Assembly: GCA_964016885.1 (NCBI GenBank)
Contig: OZ024764.1
Coordinates: 28,520,001-28,584,000 of the forward strand
Direction: 5' to 3'
DNA: 64,000 nucleotides
Source of the DNA: Eledone cirrhosa
Taxonomy: Eukaryota
The first letter of the stretch is position 1, and each line of letters starts with the position of its first letter. This document shows, in pieces, positions 12,991 through 25,426 of this stretch. The position numbers and the translations under genes are program-made. A model generated the notes under the pieces. The model worked only from the letters and a program-made list of their open reading frames with translations. It had not been told where the DNA came from and made no database searches.

Positions 12991-13759
12991 AGAGCAAGGT
13001 AGACAATAACCAGGTAGACTTAGTTAAAAATCAGATTGATATATATCTCAGTAGATATCGATATATCAATAACAGATCAAGTGGAAGTAAAACCGAGAGA
13101 AACTATTGACAGAAGGGTGAGGAAGTAAGAACGCAAAGAAAATAAAGGGAGAAAAGAAACTACAGAATCTATAAACCTATAAAATTTACAATAAATTTAA
13201 TCTATCAATAGATCAATAAGTAATCACTTAGCTAATATAGAAAGAAATCGTAAGTTAGTGTAAAGTAAGGAGACAAATATTTCGATTAGTTGAAACCAAT
13301 AGATTAATAAATAATCACTAACCTAATACACAAAGAAAGAATTCGATTGATAAAGTTGACAATAAGTTGGTATACAGAAAACAAATGTATCGATAGGCTT
13401 AAATCAATACAGTAAAAAAAAGAAATTGGTTGAAAAAGTTGTCAATAAATTGGTTTACAGAAAACAGACAAATATATCGATTGGTTTAGATCAATAGATC
13501 GGTATTTATTGAGTCAATCAATCAAAATACAATCGAATATATAGATATACTGAAAAATGAAAGTAGAACCTAGAATAAAAAAACAATTATTTAATTATAA
13601 AAGAAAAGAAGAAATAAATAATAATATATCGAGACAGTTATCAATAAATCAAAGAAAAGTAATATAGATATTTTACTCAATGATGCAAGAGCGATTCTTT
13701 AACGGTGCAAGCTTCAACGGCAGCAAAGTTGCAGTGGAGGAAAAATATCTGAAGATATC

Positions 13760-13790
13760 TCTTACGTCATAATAACTTATTACGTCATAG
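13760..13790 (-). promoter_or_regulatory. Tandem CRE/ATF-like sites (TGACGTAA x2), candidate promoter of the orphan gene
   Basis: cTTACGTCAtaataacttaTTACGTCAt at the edge of the 10.7-13.8 kb island. Confidence 0.3.
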
Positions 13791-16482
13791 TCAACAAGTC
13801 CGTTAGATTATACGTGTATATATATGTATATATAATATATATGTATGTATTTATATATATATATCTATGTGTGTATGTGGTTTTTTTTTCAATTTTAGAA
13901 GAGTCGCTTATTTTCAAGATTTTTTTCTGAAAACTTTTAAATAATATTCTAAATAAAACTTATACAAATTTAAATATAAATTTCTACTGTCGAAAAATAA
14001 TTCAATTTTCTTAAATGTTTGCAATAAAATTATTGTTAAATTCTATTATGTTAAGTTTTTTTATAATAGAATTAAATGTTTACACTAAAAATATAAAATA
14101 TATCAAATATATTTCTCTACAAAATGAATTATAACTCTGAAACCGTTGTATGTGTGTCCGGATAAAATGAAGTGCTGGATTATCAGTTGCTGAAAAATCG
14201 ATGCTGTCTGTACACAGCTCCCCACCCTCTTTTACCAATACACCTGTTATCCTTGTAGCCACACACAGTAAGTGGACCTTACGATCTTTGCAGCAAATTT
14301 CGGAGAAGAAATGGCCTCCAGAGATATTGTATGTAGGACATATCCTGGTGGCTGTATCTTACAAATTACCAACCACTACACTGCTAACATAGAGACACAT
14401 TCTGGGAGAGAACTTCTGTGAGAAAAAACAAGCTATGGTGGTCATTTTGGGAGCGGTTTCTGACAAACAGTTTTGTGTCAGATCCCTGAAGTTGGAAGGT
14501 GATACTACTTGGCTTGAAACTCTCTTGTCACTTAACTTTAACTAACTCAGTCTAATTAGCTGTAAATAGGAACTTGTATACCACAGAACACTAATGTAAC
14601 TGGATATTGTATATCGTGAGCTTCCAGTGCATATATGTAACTATATATCCCGTTAAGGGTGAAAGCAGCGATTCTTTGCTTAAACTTTAATCTGTTATTT
14701 TAATAAATATATATATATATATATATATAACAAAGAGGATGTGGTAAGATACCAGGTGGACCTTACCACACCAGAGTACTCAATACTTAGAGTAGTAGAG
14801 TGGGTAATAGGAAAAGAGTCAGGACCCAGACGGCTGAGCTCTGGCCGTTCGGATCTAGCAATTGAAACGGCCTATTTAATCGACAAGTCTTTCTCTAAAC
14901 CAATACTTCTCAACCTTATCTAGTCACGGAACACTTATGCAATTTTCAAAACATATTGGAAACCATAACTATATAGTGCAGACAATTTTCACCACCCTAA
15001 CTTTAATGAGACATTAACAAAACAAAATTTGTTTAAGAAAGAAAATTTATTCATAAAAAAAATTACATGATACAATTTTATTACACTTTATTAAAAGACA
15101 TCGTATTTCATAGACGCTACTTTAGGAAAACTAATCTATATGTTGACGAAGTCTTCAATATGTCTTCTACCACCAAACTTGAGGTCATCAACATAATGGC
15201 ATGTTGGGTTAGGATTTCATTTTGAAATACAATTCTTAGTTGAGCTGGGTTAATATTATATCTGTGTATAACTGAGTAATGATGGCGCTGTGATGATGAT
15301 GTGGTGGTGATGGTGGGGGATGATGACAATGTTGAATATAATGATAACGATTATTATGGTCTCTAATAATATAAACGAAGTATTGTTCTTTATTTTAAGA
15401 TTTAGGGATATCATTTGACTGCTATTTCTAGCCGATCAAGCAAATGGTTAGATGCAGTAAATCAAGACTTACGTCCCTTGAAACCGTTGGTATTCCTGTG
15501 AATTGCGTCCCTTGTTTAAATATCCATTGGCTGTAAATGTGTATGTATATGTATATGTGTGTATACAAATGTGTATATATGTATGTATGTGTTTATGCGT
15601 GTTTGATACAACCATGTAGTTATTTACTACTTTTGTTAAATATATATACATATATGTGTGTGTGTATACATACATACACATATATACAGGGAATAACGAG
15701 AATCTATGGCTCCGTTAATTTATTATATATATATATATACATATACGCATATATATATGTATATATACATATATATGTGTGTGTGTGTATACATACATAC
15801 ACATATATACAGGGAATAACGAGAGTCTATGGCTCCGTTAATTTATTATATATATATATATACATATACGCATATATATATGTATATATATATATATATA
15901 TGTGTGTGTGTGAGTGTGTTTTACAAATTAACGCTCCAACTTCAATGTAATTCCACAATTAGCAAGGTAAATTGAATCTTCTCATCACAGGCTTGGCTTG
16001 GTCCGTAAAGGTATTTCAGAATCAAGCTTGATGTAAATAAATCCGACGAGTCGTATGAATGTGGCGAGACAAAGCACATATTTAGTGGTGTAGAAATAGC
16101 AAAGATGTATGTATGTAACCCGATCGTGCGGTTAAACCACTGTGAGTGAAGGACCCCTAGGCTTTGTCAGGGCATTCTTCTAGTAGAAGCCAACTGAGGA
16201 AACTGGGATAACTCCGATATAAAACCTGCGGCTCAGTAGTTACCGATGATGTTGATCTTTTCTTCTTTTGGGGTTATAGCTAATTGTCGCTCAGAGAGTG
16301 GGATTGGCTCAGTGCACAGTCTTTCCTCACTTTAAAAAAAATCTTCACGCACAGGCATTGCGTTGTGCCAAAAATAGAAACAGTTATTAATAATAGTATA
16401 TCGTGCAATGGCCATACTCGATAACGAGGGGCCAGCCATCATCATGTATGTATATTGTATTCCTTGTTGTTTTTCTTCTTCA

Positions 16483-17457
16483 TCTGCTTCGCCCACTCAT
16501 TCCTGGCAGGGTCGTGGTGTCAGAGAGTCTTCACATATACATCCCAGCTGGTCCTGGTTGTTTTTCTGCTTCGCCCACTCATTTCTGGCAGGGTCGTGGT
16601 GTCAGAGAGTCTTCACATATACCTCCCAGCTGGTCCTGGTTGTTTTTCTGCTTCGCCCACTCATTTCTGGCAGGGTCGTGGTGTCAGAGAGTCTTCACAT
16701 ATACCTCCCAGCTGGTCCTGGTTGTTTTTCTGCTTCGCCCACTCATTTCTGGCAGGGTCGTGGTGTCAGAGAGTCTTCACATACACCTCCCAGCTGGTCC
16801 TGGTTGTTTTTCTGCTTCGCCCACTCATTTCTGGCAGGGTCGTGGTGTCAGAGAGTCTTCACATACACCTCCCAGCTGGTCCTGGTTGTTTTTCTGCTTC
16901 GCCCACTCATTCCTGGCAGGGTCGTGGTGTCAGAGAGTCTTCACATATACCTCCCAGCTGGTCCTGGTTGTTTTTCTGCTTCGCCCACTCATTCCTGGCA
17001 GGGTCGTGGTGTCAGAGAGTCTTCACATATACCTCCCAGCTGGTCCTGGTTGTTTTTCTGCTTCGCCCACTCATTCCTGGCAGGGTCGTGGTGTCAGAGA
17101 GTCTTCACATATACCTCCCAGCTGGTCCTGGTTGTTTTTCTGCTTCGCCCACTCATTCCTGGCAGGGTCGTGGTGTCAAAGAGTCTTCACATATACCTCC
17201 CAGCTGGTCCTGGTTGTTTTTCTGCTTCGCCCACTCATTTCTGGCAGGGTCGTGGTGTCAGAGAGTCTTCACATACACCTCCCAGCTGGTCCTGGTTGTT
17301 TTTCTGCTTCGCCCACTCATTTCTGGCAGGGTCGTGGTGTCAGAGAGTCTTCACATATACCTCCCAGCTGGTCCTGGTTGTTTTTCTGCTTCGCCCACTC
17401 ATTTCTGGCAGGGTCGTGGTGTCAGAGAGTCTTCACATATACCTCCCAGCTGGTCCT
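16483..17457. repeat. 82-bp minisatellite, about 12 copies, made of the terminal 82 nt of an RTE LINE
   Basis: Unit tctgcttcgcccactcatt(t/c)ctggcagggtcgtggtgtcagagagtcttcacatatacctcccagctggtcctggttgtttt, contiguous with the RTE fragment at 17457-17830. Confidence 0.9.
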
Positions 17458-17613
17458 GTCACAAGCAACCGTCTCCACTTTTTTCCGACTCGGTCGCCAA
17501 GCGAGACCAGCTGAGCCCATGGATGTTATCCAACCATCTTCCTCAGGATCTCCATCTAGGTCTCCTACCGGTTGTTTTTACTCGTAAAATCTGTCTAGCA
17601 ATTCTTTCCTGGG

Positions 17614-17675
<62 letters not shown>

Positions 17676-17830
17676 TCTCTCTCCTCATGTTCGTAATATC
17701 GGAGCTGTGATCTCTCAATTCGGAGTAGTAGGGGCTCTACTTGGAGCGATTCTCTGATCTCCGAGCTACGCATGCTATCGTGTAACGTTACTCTAAAGAC
17801 TCAAAGAAACCCCATTTCCGCCGGCGGCTA
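17457..17830 (-). mobile_element. RTE LINE C-terminal fragment interrupted by (CT)n
   Basis: RSSEIRESLQVEPLLLRIERSQLRYY.H ... ERIARQIL..KTTGRRPR. Confidence 0.75.
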
Positions 17831-17900
17831 GAAGTAGTATAGATTTTGTATTTGTTTTGCAAATTTTTTTAGCTGAAATCGTGTGATCCCTAACGATACT

Positions 17901-17989
<89 letters not shown>

Positions 17990-18299
17990 TAAAATAACAG
18001 ATTAAAGTTCAAGCAAAGAATCGCTGCTTTCACCCTTAACGGGATCTTCTGAAACTCCCTATCGAGCTCATGGATTTGGTACTCTCGCCAGTTTTATATA
18101 TTATTCACACATATATATATAGTAATAATAAATGTGAAGGCTAAAATCCGAAGAGGTCTCGATAAGGATTATATATATAAAAAAAAAAACGTAGAACAAA
18201 TATGTATTAAAATAACAGATTAAAGTTTAAGCAAAGAATCGCTGCTTTCACCCTTAACAGGATCTTCTCGCCAGTTTTCTTCGGATTTACTGAACTTTT

Positions 18300-18347
<48 letters not shown>

Positions 18348-18685
18348 TAAGAAACTTTCAGGAGACCCCGACAGCAGAAGGTCTTCAGAGAAGAAACCCC
18401 ACCACTGAAGCTATTGTTTCCGCCCTATATGAGCAAGATCATAATTTTCGCCCTTGTATGGTTTCGTGGAGGCTTCAAAAATAATAATTTAAAGAGATAA
18501 TTAAATGTCAGTGGACGCAGTTAGAAACATTTCATAACAATTTTAGGCGAATATTATATTCTAATTCACGAAGGCCATAACGGATAAACGAGAGAACGTG
18601 GTGAAGCCATAGTTTTAATAGAATCATGGCGGTCGCTTAGATAGAATTAGTTTTACGTTCTTTGAAGATGTGAAATGACTTAATG

Positions 18686-20080
18686 TACCACCACCACCAC
18701 CATTTCCTCATCACCACAACCACCATCACCACCACCACTCCCTCACCACTAACACCACTACCATAACCACAACTACCACTACCACCATCACCACAACCAC
18801 TATCACCACCACTACCACCACCACCACCACTATCACCACCACCACTAACACTATCACCACCACCACCACCACTACCACCATCACCACTACCACTACCACC
18901 ACCACCACTACCACCACCACCATTTCCTCACCACCATCACCACCACCATTTCCTCACCACCACCCTCTCACCACCACTACCACTATCACCACTACCGCAA
19001 CCACTATCACCACTACCACCACCACCACAACCACCACCACCACAACCACCACTACCACCACCATCACCACCACTACCACCATCACCACAACCACCACTAC
19101 CACTATCGCCACTACCACCACTACCACTATCGCCACTACCACCACTACCACCACCACCACCGCCACTACCACCACCACCACCGCCACTACCACCACCACC
19201 GCCACTACCACCACCACCACCACTACCACCACCACCACCACCACCACCACTATCACCACCACCACTACCACTATCACCACTACCACTATCACCACCACTG
19301 CCACTACCACCACCGCCACTACCACCACCACCACCACCACTACCACCACCACCACTACCACTATCACCACTACCACTATCACCACCACCACCACAACCAC
19401 CACCTCACTATCACCACTACCACCACTACCACTATCACCACTACCACTACCACTATCACCACCACTACCACAACCACCACTACCATCACTACCGCAACCA
19501 CCACTTCCCTCATCTCCACTACATCACCTCCACCAGCACTATTACCACCTCTACCATCACCACCACTATAACCGCCACTACCACCACCACCACCACTACC
19601 ATCACCACCACCACTACCATCACCATCAACACCATTTCCACTACCATCACCACCACCACAACCACTATAACCACTACCACCACCACCACTTCCATCACCA
19701 CCACTACTATCACCACTACCATCATCACTACCATCACCACCACCACTTCCATCACCACCACTACTACCACCACTACCATCACCACCACTACCATCACCAC
19801 CACTACTATCACCACCACCACTATAATCACTACCATCACCACCATCACCACTTCCATCATCACTACCATCACCACCACTACCATCACCACCACTACTACC
19901 ACCACTACCATCACCACCACTACTATCACCACCACCACTATAATCACTACCATCACCTCAACCACGACTACCACCAGCACTACCACTATTACCACCACAA
20001 CCATTTCCATCATCACCACCATCATTACCACCACCACCTCCACCACCATCACGACTACCATCTACACTACCACCGCCACC
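18686..20080. repeat. 1.4-kb cryptic trinucleotide repeat (ACC/ACT/ATC)n
   Basis: Direct inspection. Confidence 0.95.
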
Positions 20081-20225
20081 ATATACAGATGGTAGTCATG
20101 CTGGTTTACATCTAAATATTATTATAGTGTGCATTTTATAATTTATCACTATTAAATTTAGTTTTATTCTGCCTTTGGGACAGAGTAACGTTATGTGGTT
20201 TCTACTATTAGAGAGCGTAACTTAT

Positions 20226-20262
20226 ATTGTCACGTGACATGTTTCATTTCCGTTTCCGGTGA
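20226..20262 (+). promoter_or_regulatory. Candidate promoter: palindromic E-box (TGTCACGTGACA) plus ETS-like TTCCGG
   Basis: Motif cluster, with a good splice donor ccg/GTAAGT at 20667. It may drive a 5'UTR exon of the zinc-finger gene (inference). Confidence 0.3.
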
Positions 20263-20397
20263 AACCAGCTTTCATTGATTTTAATTCTCTTCTCTCCTGA
20301 TAGTGGAAAGCAAATTTTATATAAATCAAAGATATTTCACAGTAAATATCGATTTATACACCACAAAAGGTAAGATATATACACACACATATATATA

Positions 20398-20548
20398 TCG
20401 AGTGTGATCGCTGGAAAAGCGGAAAATTTGTCATAAAGTGCACGGACGACATTTTGAGTATTTGTTATTGTAAGGCTTTGTAACATCAGTCTTTGTAAAA
20501 ATAAATTGCAGTTTGACAAATTTTCCGCTTTTCTAGCGACCACCCTGT
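20398..20548. mobile_element. About 150-bp MITE with about 33-bp TIRs (Tc1/mariner-like ends)
   Basis: agtgtgatcgctggaaaagcggaaaatttgtca ... tgacaaattttccgcttttctagcgaccaccctg. Confidence 0.7.
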
Positions 20549-20794
20549 GTATTTATTTAGTAAAAAGTTGTGACATCTGTAAGTTAAACCTCTCGATAAA
20601 TGTGATAACTTGTTGATGAATATTCGTTACAGAAGTTGTATAAATAAGGAAGAGGCTATGTAGCCGGTAAGTGTGTCGGGCACCATCTGTTGTGGCCCCT
20701 GTTAAGATAATTTGAAATCTTTTCCCCCATAAATTGTTTTAAAAATCATTTTGTTGTCCATTCGTAACGTACGTTGCACTTTAGTTATATACAT

Positions 20795-21280
20795 ACACAC
20801 ACACATCTACACGTAGATATATAAACATATACAGACAACAGAGGTGTAAACCTACATACATACACATCTACAGGTAAATATATAAATACAGACAACAGGT
20901 GTAAACCTACAGGTAATTATATAGACAGATAGAGACAAGAGAGGTGTAAACCTACATATACACACATCTACAGGTAAATATATAGACAGATAGAGACAAG
21001 AGAGGAGTAAACCTACATATACACACATCTACAGGTAAATATATAGATAGATAGAGACAAGACAGGTGTAAACATACATATACACACATCTACAGCTAAA
21101 TATATAGACAGATAGAGACGAGAGGTGTAAACCTACATATACACACATCTACAGGTAAATATATAAACAGATAGACAACAGAGGTGTAAACCTACATACA
21201 CACACATACATCATCATTTCACGTCTATCAGGTAAATATAGAGAACAGAAGTGTAAACCTACACACACATCTACACGTAA
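20795..21280. repeat. About 60-bp minisatellite, about 8 copies
   Basis: Unit gaggtgtaaacctacatatacacacatctacaggtaaatatatagacagatagagacaaga. Confidence 0.9.
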
Positions 21281-21283
21281 ACC

Positions 21284-22560
21284 ATCATCATCATCATTTT
21301 ACGTCCGCTTTTCCCTGCTTGCAAAGGTGGGATGGGAACTGATTCTGGCTTGATTTCTACAGCTGGATGCCCTTCCTAACATCAACCTCATTTACAGTGT
21401 GGGCTGGGTGCTTTTTTGCCGTGGCACCTCCACGACCACTTTACAGTGTGGGCTGGGTGCTTTTTTACCGTGGCACCTACATGACCACTTTACAGTGTGG
21501 GCTGGGTGCTTTTTTGCTGTGGCACCTACATGACCACTTTACAGTGTGGGCTGGGTGCTTTTTTGCCATGGCACCTACATGACCACTTTACAGTATGGGT
21601 TGGGTGCTTTTTTGCCGTGGCACCTCCACGCCCACTTTAGAGTGTGGGCTGGGTGCTTTTTTGCCGTGGCACCTCCAAGACCACTTTACAGTGTGGGCTG
21701 GGTATTTTTTTGCCGTGGCACCTACATGACCACTTTACAGTGTGGGCTAGGTGGTTTTTTGCCGTGGCACCTACATGACCACTTTACAGTGTGGGCTGGG
21801 TGTTTTTTTGCCGTGGCACCTACATGACCACTTTACAGTGTGGGCTGGGTGCTTTTTTGCCGTGGCACCTACATGACCACTTTACAGTGTGGGCTGGGTG
21901 CTTTTTTGCCGTGGAACCTACATGACCACTTTACAGTGTGGGCTGGGTGCTTTTTTGCCGTGGCACCTCCACGACCACTTTACAGTGTGGACTGGGTGCT
22001 TTTTTGCCGTGGCACCTCCACGACCACTTTACAGTGTGGGCTGGGTGCTTTTTTGCCGTGGCACCTCCACGACCACTTTACAGTGTGGGCTGGGTGCTTT
22101 TTTGCCGTGGCACCTTCATGACCACTTTACAGTGTGGGCTGGGTGCTTTTTTGCCGTGGCACCTCCACGACCACTTTACAGTGTGGGCTGGGTGCTTTTT
22201 TGCCGTGGCACCTCCACGACCACATTACAGTGAGGGCTGGGTGCTTTTTTGCCGTGGCACCTACATGACCATTTTACAGTGTGGGCTGGGTGCTTTTTTG
22301 CCGTGGAACCTCCACGACCACTTTACTGTGTGGGCTGGGTGCTTTTTTGCCGTGGCACCTTCATGACCACTTTACAGTGTGGGCTGGGTGCTTTTTTGCC
22401 GTGGAACCTACACGACCACTTTACAGTGTGGGCTGGGTGCTTTTTTGCCGTGGCACCTCCACGACCACTTTGCAGTGGAATGATAGGGACCCCGGTCCCT
22501 ATCATCTCATTTCTACAGCTGAGTAAACTGGAGCAATGTGAAATAAAGTGTCTTGTTCAA
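21284..22560 (-). mobile_element. SINE family A with its internal 49-bp unit expanded to about 22 copies
   Basis: SINE tail at 21284-21390, array of tttacagtgtgggctgggtgcttttttgccgtggcacctccacgaccac at 21391-22470, then SINE body. Confidence 0.9.
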
Positions 22561-23662
22561 TATGTAAACAGATATAGACAAGAGAGGTGTAAACATACAT
22601 AAATACATTACAGACAACAGAAGAAAGGGGCTGGTGAAATGCTATAGCCATGAGTGTTACGTCCCTTTAGGGTTGACTAGCTACATAGCCTATTCGTATA
22701 AATAACATGACAAATATGCTTTAACCCTTTAGCATTTACATTACTCTATATATACTATTGTATTTTCATGGTAAAGGCTTTACCTCACATAATATCTCCC
22801 ATAACATTTACATTACTCTATATATACTATTGTATTTTCACAGTAAAGGCTTTACCTCATAATATCTCACATACCATTTACATTACTCTATATTTACTAT
22901 TGTATTTTCATGGTAAAGGCTTTACCTCACATAATATCTCACATAACATTTACATTACTCTATATATACTATTGTATTTTCATGGTAAAGGCTTTATCTC
23001 ACATAATATCTCACATAACATTTACATTACTCTATATTTACTATTGTATTTTCATGGTAAAGGCTTTACCTCACATAATATCTCACATAACATTTACATT
23101 ACTCTATATATACTATTGTATTGTCACAGTAAAGGCTTTATCTCACATAATATCTCACATAACATTTACATTACTCTATATATACTATTGTATTTTCACA
23201 GTAAAGGCTTTACCTCATAATATCTCACATACCATTTACATTACTCTATATATACTATTGTATTTTCTCAGTAAAGGCTTTACCTTACATAATATCTCAC
23301 ATACCATTTACATTACTCTATATATACTATTGTATTTTCACAGTAAAGGCTTTACCTCACATAATATCTCACATAACATTTACATTACTCTATATATACT
23401 ATTGTATTTTCATGGTAAAGGCTTTACCTCACATAATATCTCACATAACATCTCGTATACGAGAGACGTGTGTTGACGTGTGTGAACAAGCTCGGCTACC
23501 GAGTCGGATTTACTTACTCAAAAAGTGAGTTTTGATTAATTTTTTTATACTGTAATATACGTTAACCCCTTGCCTTGGTCGTCAAACTTTGAGTTTATTT
23601 ATTTTCGCCCCTTTTTGGGGCGAATTTTCCAGTTAAAAATTTATTACGGCAAACTAATAGAA

Positions 23663-25405
23663 ATGGACGGAATTTTCACATCTCATCCTAACGTGAAAGC
23701 CACGCCCCCTAAGAAAGGTGATACAGAGAAGCTAGAAGCACAAGGCTCTAAGTCTTCCCTCCTCACTTCTGCAAAAGAAACATGGAACACGGAATTAAAA
23801 GAAAAATTTGTAGAAATGGGTGAAAACCCAGAAAGTCACATAAACGCAGACAAAAACATCAACGACAATAACAGCAATAGTCACAACACCAACCAAGGAA
23901 AAAATAACGATAACACCAAACAAAGTGAACCCACTACTGGTACCTCCTTTGCACAGGCGGTCCGGAAAACACAAACCTGCAAGCAACTGGACATTACAAC
24001 TCTGAGAGAAAAGATGAAGGAAGCGAAACAGTATGTAACTTTCAAAGAAGGAGGAGACTTCACAATCACCTCCCCACAAGAAATCAAAAGAGACACGACG
24101 CTAAGAACGATATCTTTCAGAACAATTTCCAACATAACAAGGAAACCAACTCAATTATCCCAAAAAGAGATTGAGCTGGTCCTAAAAAATGTGTGGAATG
24201 ATATATCGTTCATACAAAAAGGGCCACTCTATGGGAATATAACGGTCCTAATGAAGGATCAATTGACGGCCAGGAAATACTCTGTGGCACCAATTGTTTC
24301 CAAGATATATACATTTTTCCCCACATATTTAGGGAAAAGAACGCAGAAGATAAGGGTCTCCGGAATCCGGCCAAATGCATGCATTTCCTGGGTACTAACA
24401 GGATTTTTAGAAGACGAGGACGGAATCCTCTCAGTAGGAGAAGTCACCACAGACGTTTTCGGCGGTTTGAGCGTGGAGGTTCTGGTCCAAATGAGACCAG
24501 AACGAATCGCTAGAATACCACAGAGGGTGTCCCTCGATGGAGAAACATTTATATATATTTCAGCCGAGGGTAGGAGGCCCATATGTTACTACTGTTCAAG
24601 CAGGGGTCATCTAAGGGCTGCTTGTCCTCAATTGACAAAAAAAAAGGCTCTTTTGCCTACACCCCACACACCACCACCGCCACCACCACCACCACCACCA
24701 CCTCCACCACCACCACCACAACAACAACAAAAACAACAGGGAAAAATAACACAAGACACGGCCCCACCCAAAACAACTCCCAAAACACACACAAATACAA
24801 CAAAACCCCAAAATACACCACTACCCGACAGCACGGACGAGGACCCAGCGGAAACGGCACCTAGTGACGAAGAGGGGGAACCCTTCCAACCTGTAAAAAG
24901 GAAAAAAAGAAAGCACCACTCGAACATAAACGAAACAAACACACAACCACCAACAAAAACAAAACAAACAGAACAAACAAAATCCGCCCCACCCCAAAAC
25001 ATAACACATACAACAAAACGTAAGCACACACAAGAACAACAAACAAACACAACACAAATAAAACAGTATACATACATTAACACAAATAACAAAGAACTAG
25101 TAAAAACAATACACAAAGACCCTTTGGTGGAAACTGAAGGGCAATTCTTTGCAAGCGCGGCCAACAAACCGCATTTAAAAATGATAAGACTCCCAATGGA
25201 CACCTATGCAAAACTAAGAGAGAACTTTCCTGAGGACGTGGGGAAAACATGTACTCGACCCTATAACCGCGTCCTCTTGAAACGTTTCCCCACCCACACC
25301 TCACCAAACACCCCCACTCCACCACAGAACAACACCCCACCAAACAACCCCTCCAATACGCCCATGGATATTGTGCAACCTGCTCCTCAGGAGCCGAACA
25401 GGTAG
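23663..25405 (+). CDS. Tx1-like ORF1p (gag-like nucleic-acid-binding protein), about 580 aa
   Basis: First ATG at 23663. CCHC knuckle CYYCSSRGHLRAAC, poly-Pro/Gln stretch, basic KRKKRK, and SFAQAV motif. Confidence 0.9.
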   Translation: MDGIFTSHPNVKATPPKKGDTEKLEAQGSKSSLLTSAKETWNTELKEKFVEMGENPESHINADKNINDNNSNSHNTNQGKNNDNTKQSEPTTGTSFAQAVRKTQTCKQLDITTLREKMKEAKQYVTFKEGGDFTITSPQEIKRDTTLRTISFRTISNITRKPTQLSQKEIELVLKNVWNDISFIQKGPLYGNITVLMKDQLTARKYSVAPIVSKIYTFFPTYLGKRTQKIRVSGIRPNACISWVLTGFLEDEDGILSVGEVTTDVFGGLSVEVLVQMRPERIARIPQRVSLDGETFIYISAEGRRPICYYCSSRGHLRAACPQLTKKKALLPTPHTPPPPPPPPPPPPPPPPQQQQKQQGKITQDTAPPKTTPKTHTNTTKPQNTPLPDSTDEDPAETAPSDEEGEPFQPVKRKKRKHHSNINETNTQPPTKTKQTEQTKSAPPQNITHTTKRKHTQEQQTNTTQIKQYTYINTNNKELVKTIHKDPLVETEGQFFASAANKPHLKMIRLPMDTYAKLRENFPEDVGKTCTRPYNRVLLKRFPTHTSPNTPTPPQNNTPPNNPSNTPMDIVQPAPQEPNR

Positions 25406-25426
25406 GTCCTTCCTCTTTTAACCAAC

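Noticed and set aside
14140-14640. More GC-balanced stretch suggesting a decayed gene
   Set aside because: The frames I translated contain stops and no recognisable motif.
16403-17696. Three overlapping ORFs of about 370-410 aa
   Set aside because: The 82-bp tandem unit has no stops on the + strand, so all three frames stay open.
17990-18300. Hammerhead in the tcccgttaagggtGAAAgcagc family (also 3390, 14650, 41490)
   Set aside because: No intact CTGANGA core or clear NUH/stem I. It is probably a related terminus but cannot be supported as a ribozyme.
18726-20061. Poly-Val ORFs, or a mucin-like poly-Thr/His exon on +
   Set aside because: This is a cryptic trinucleotide repeat with frame breaks and no convincing splice or start context.
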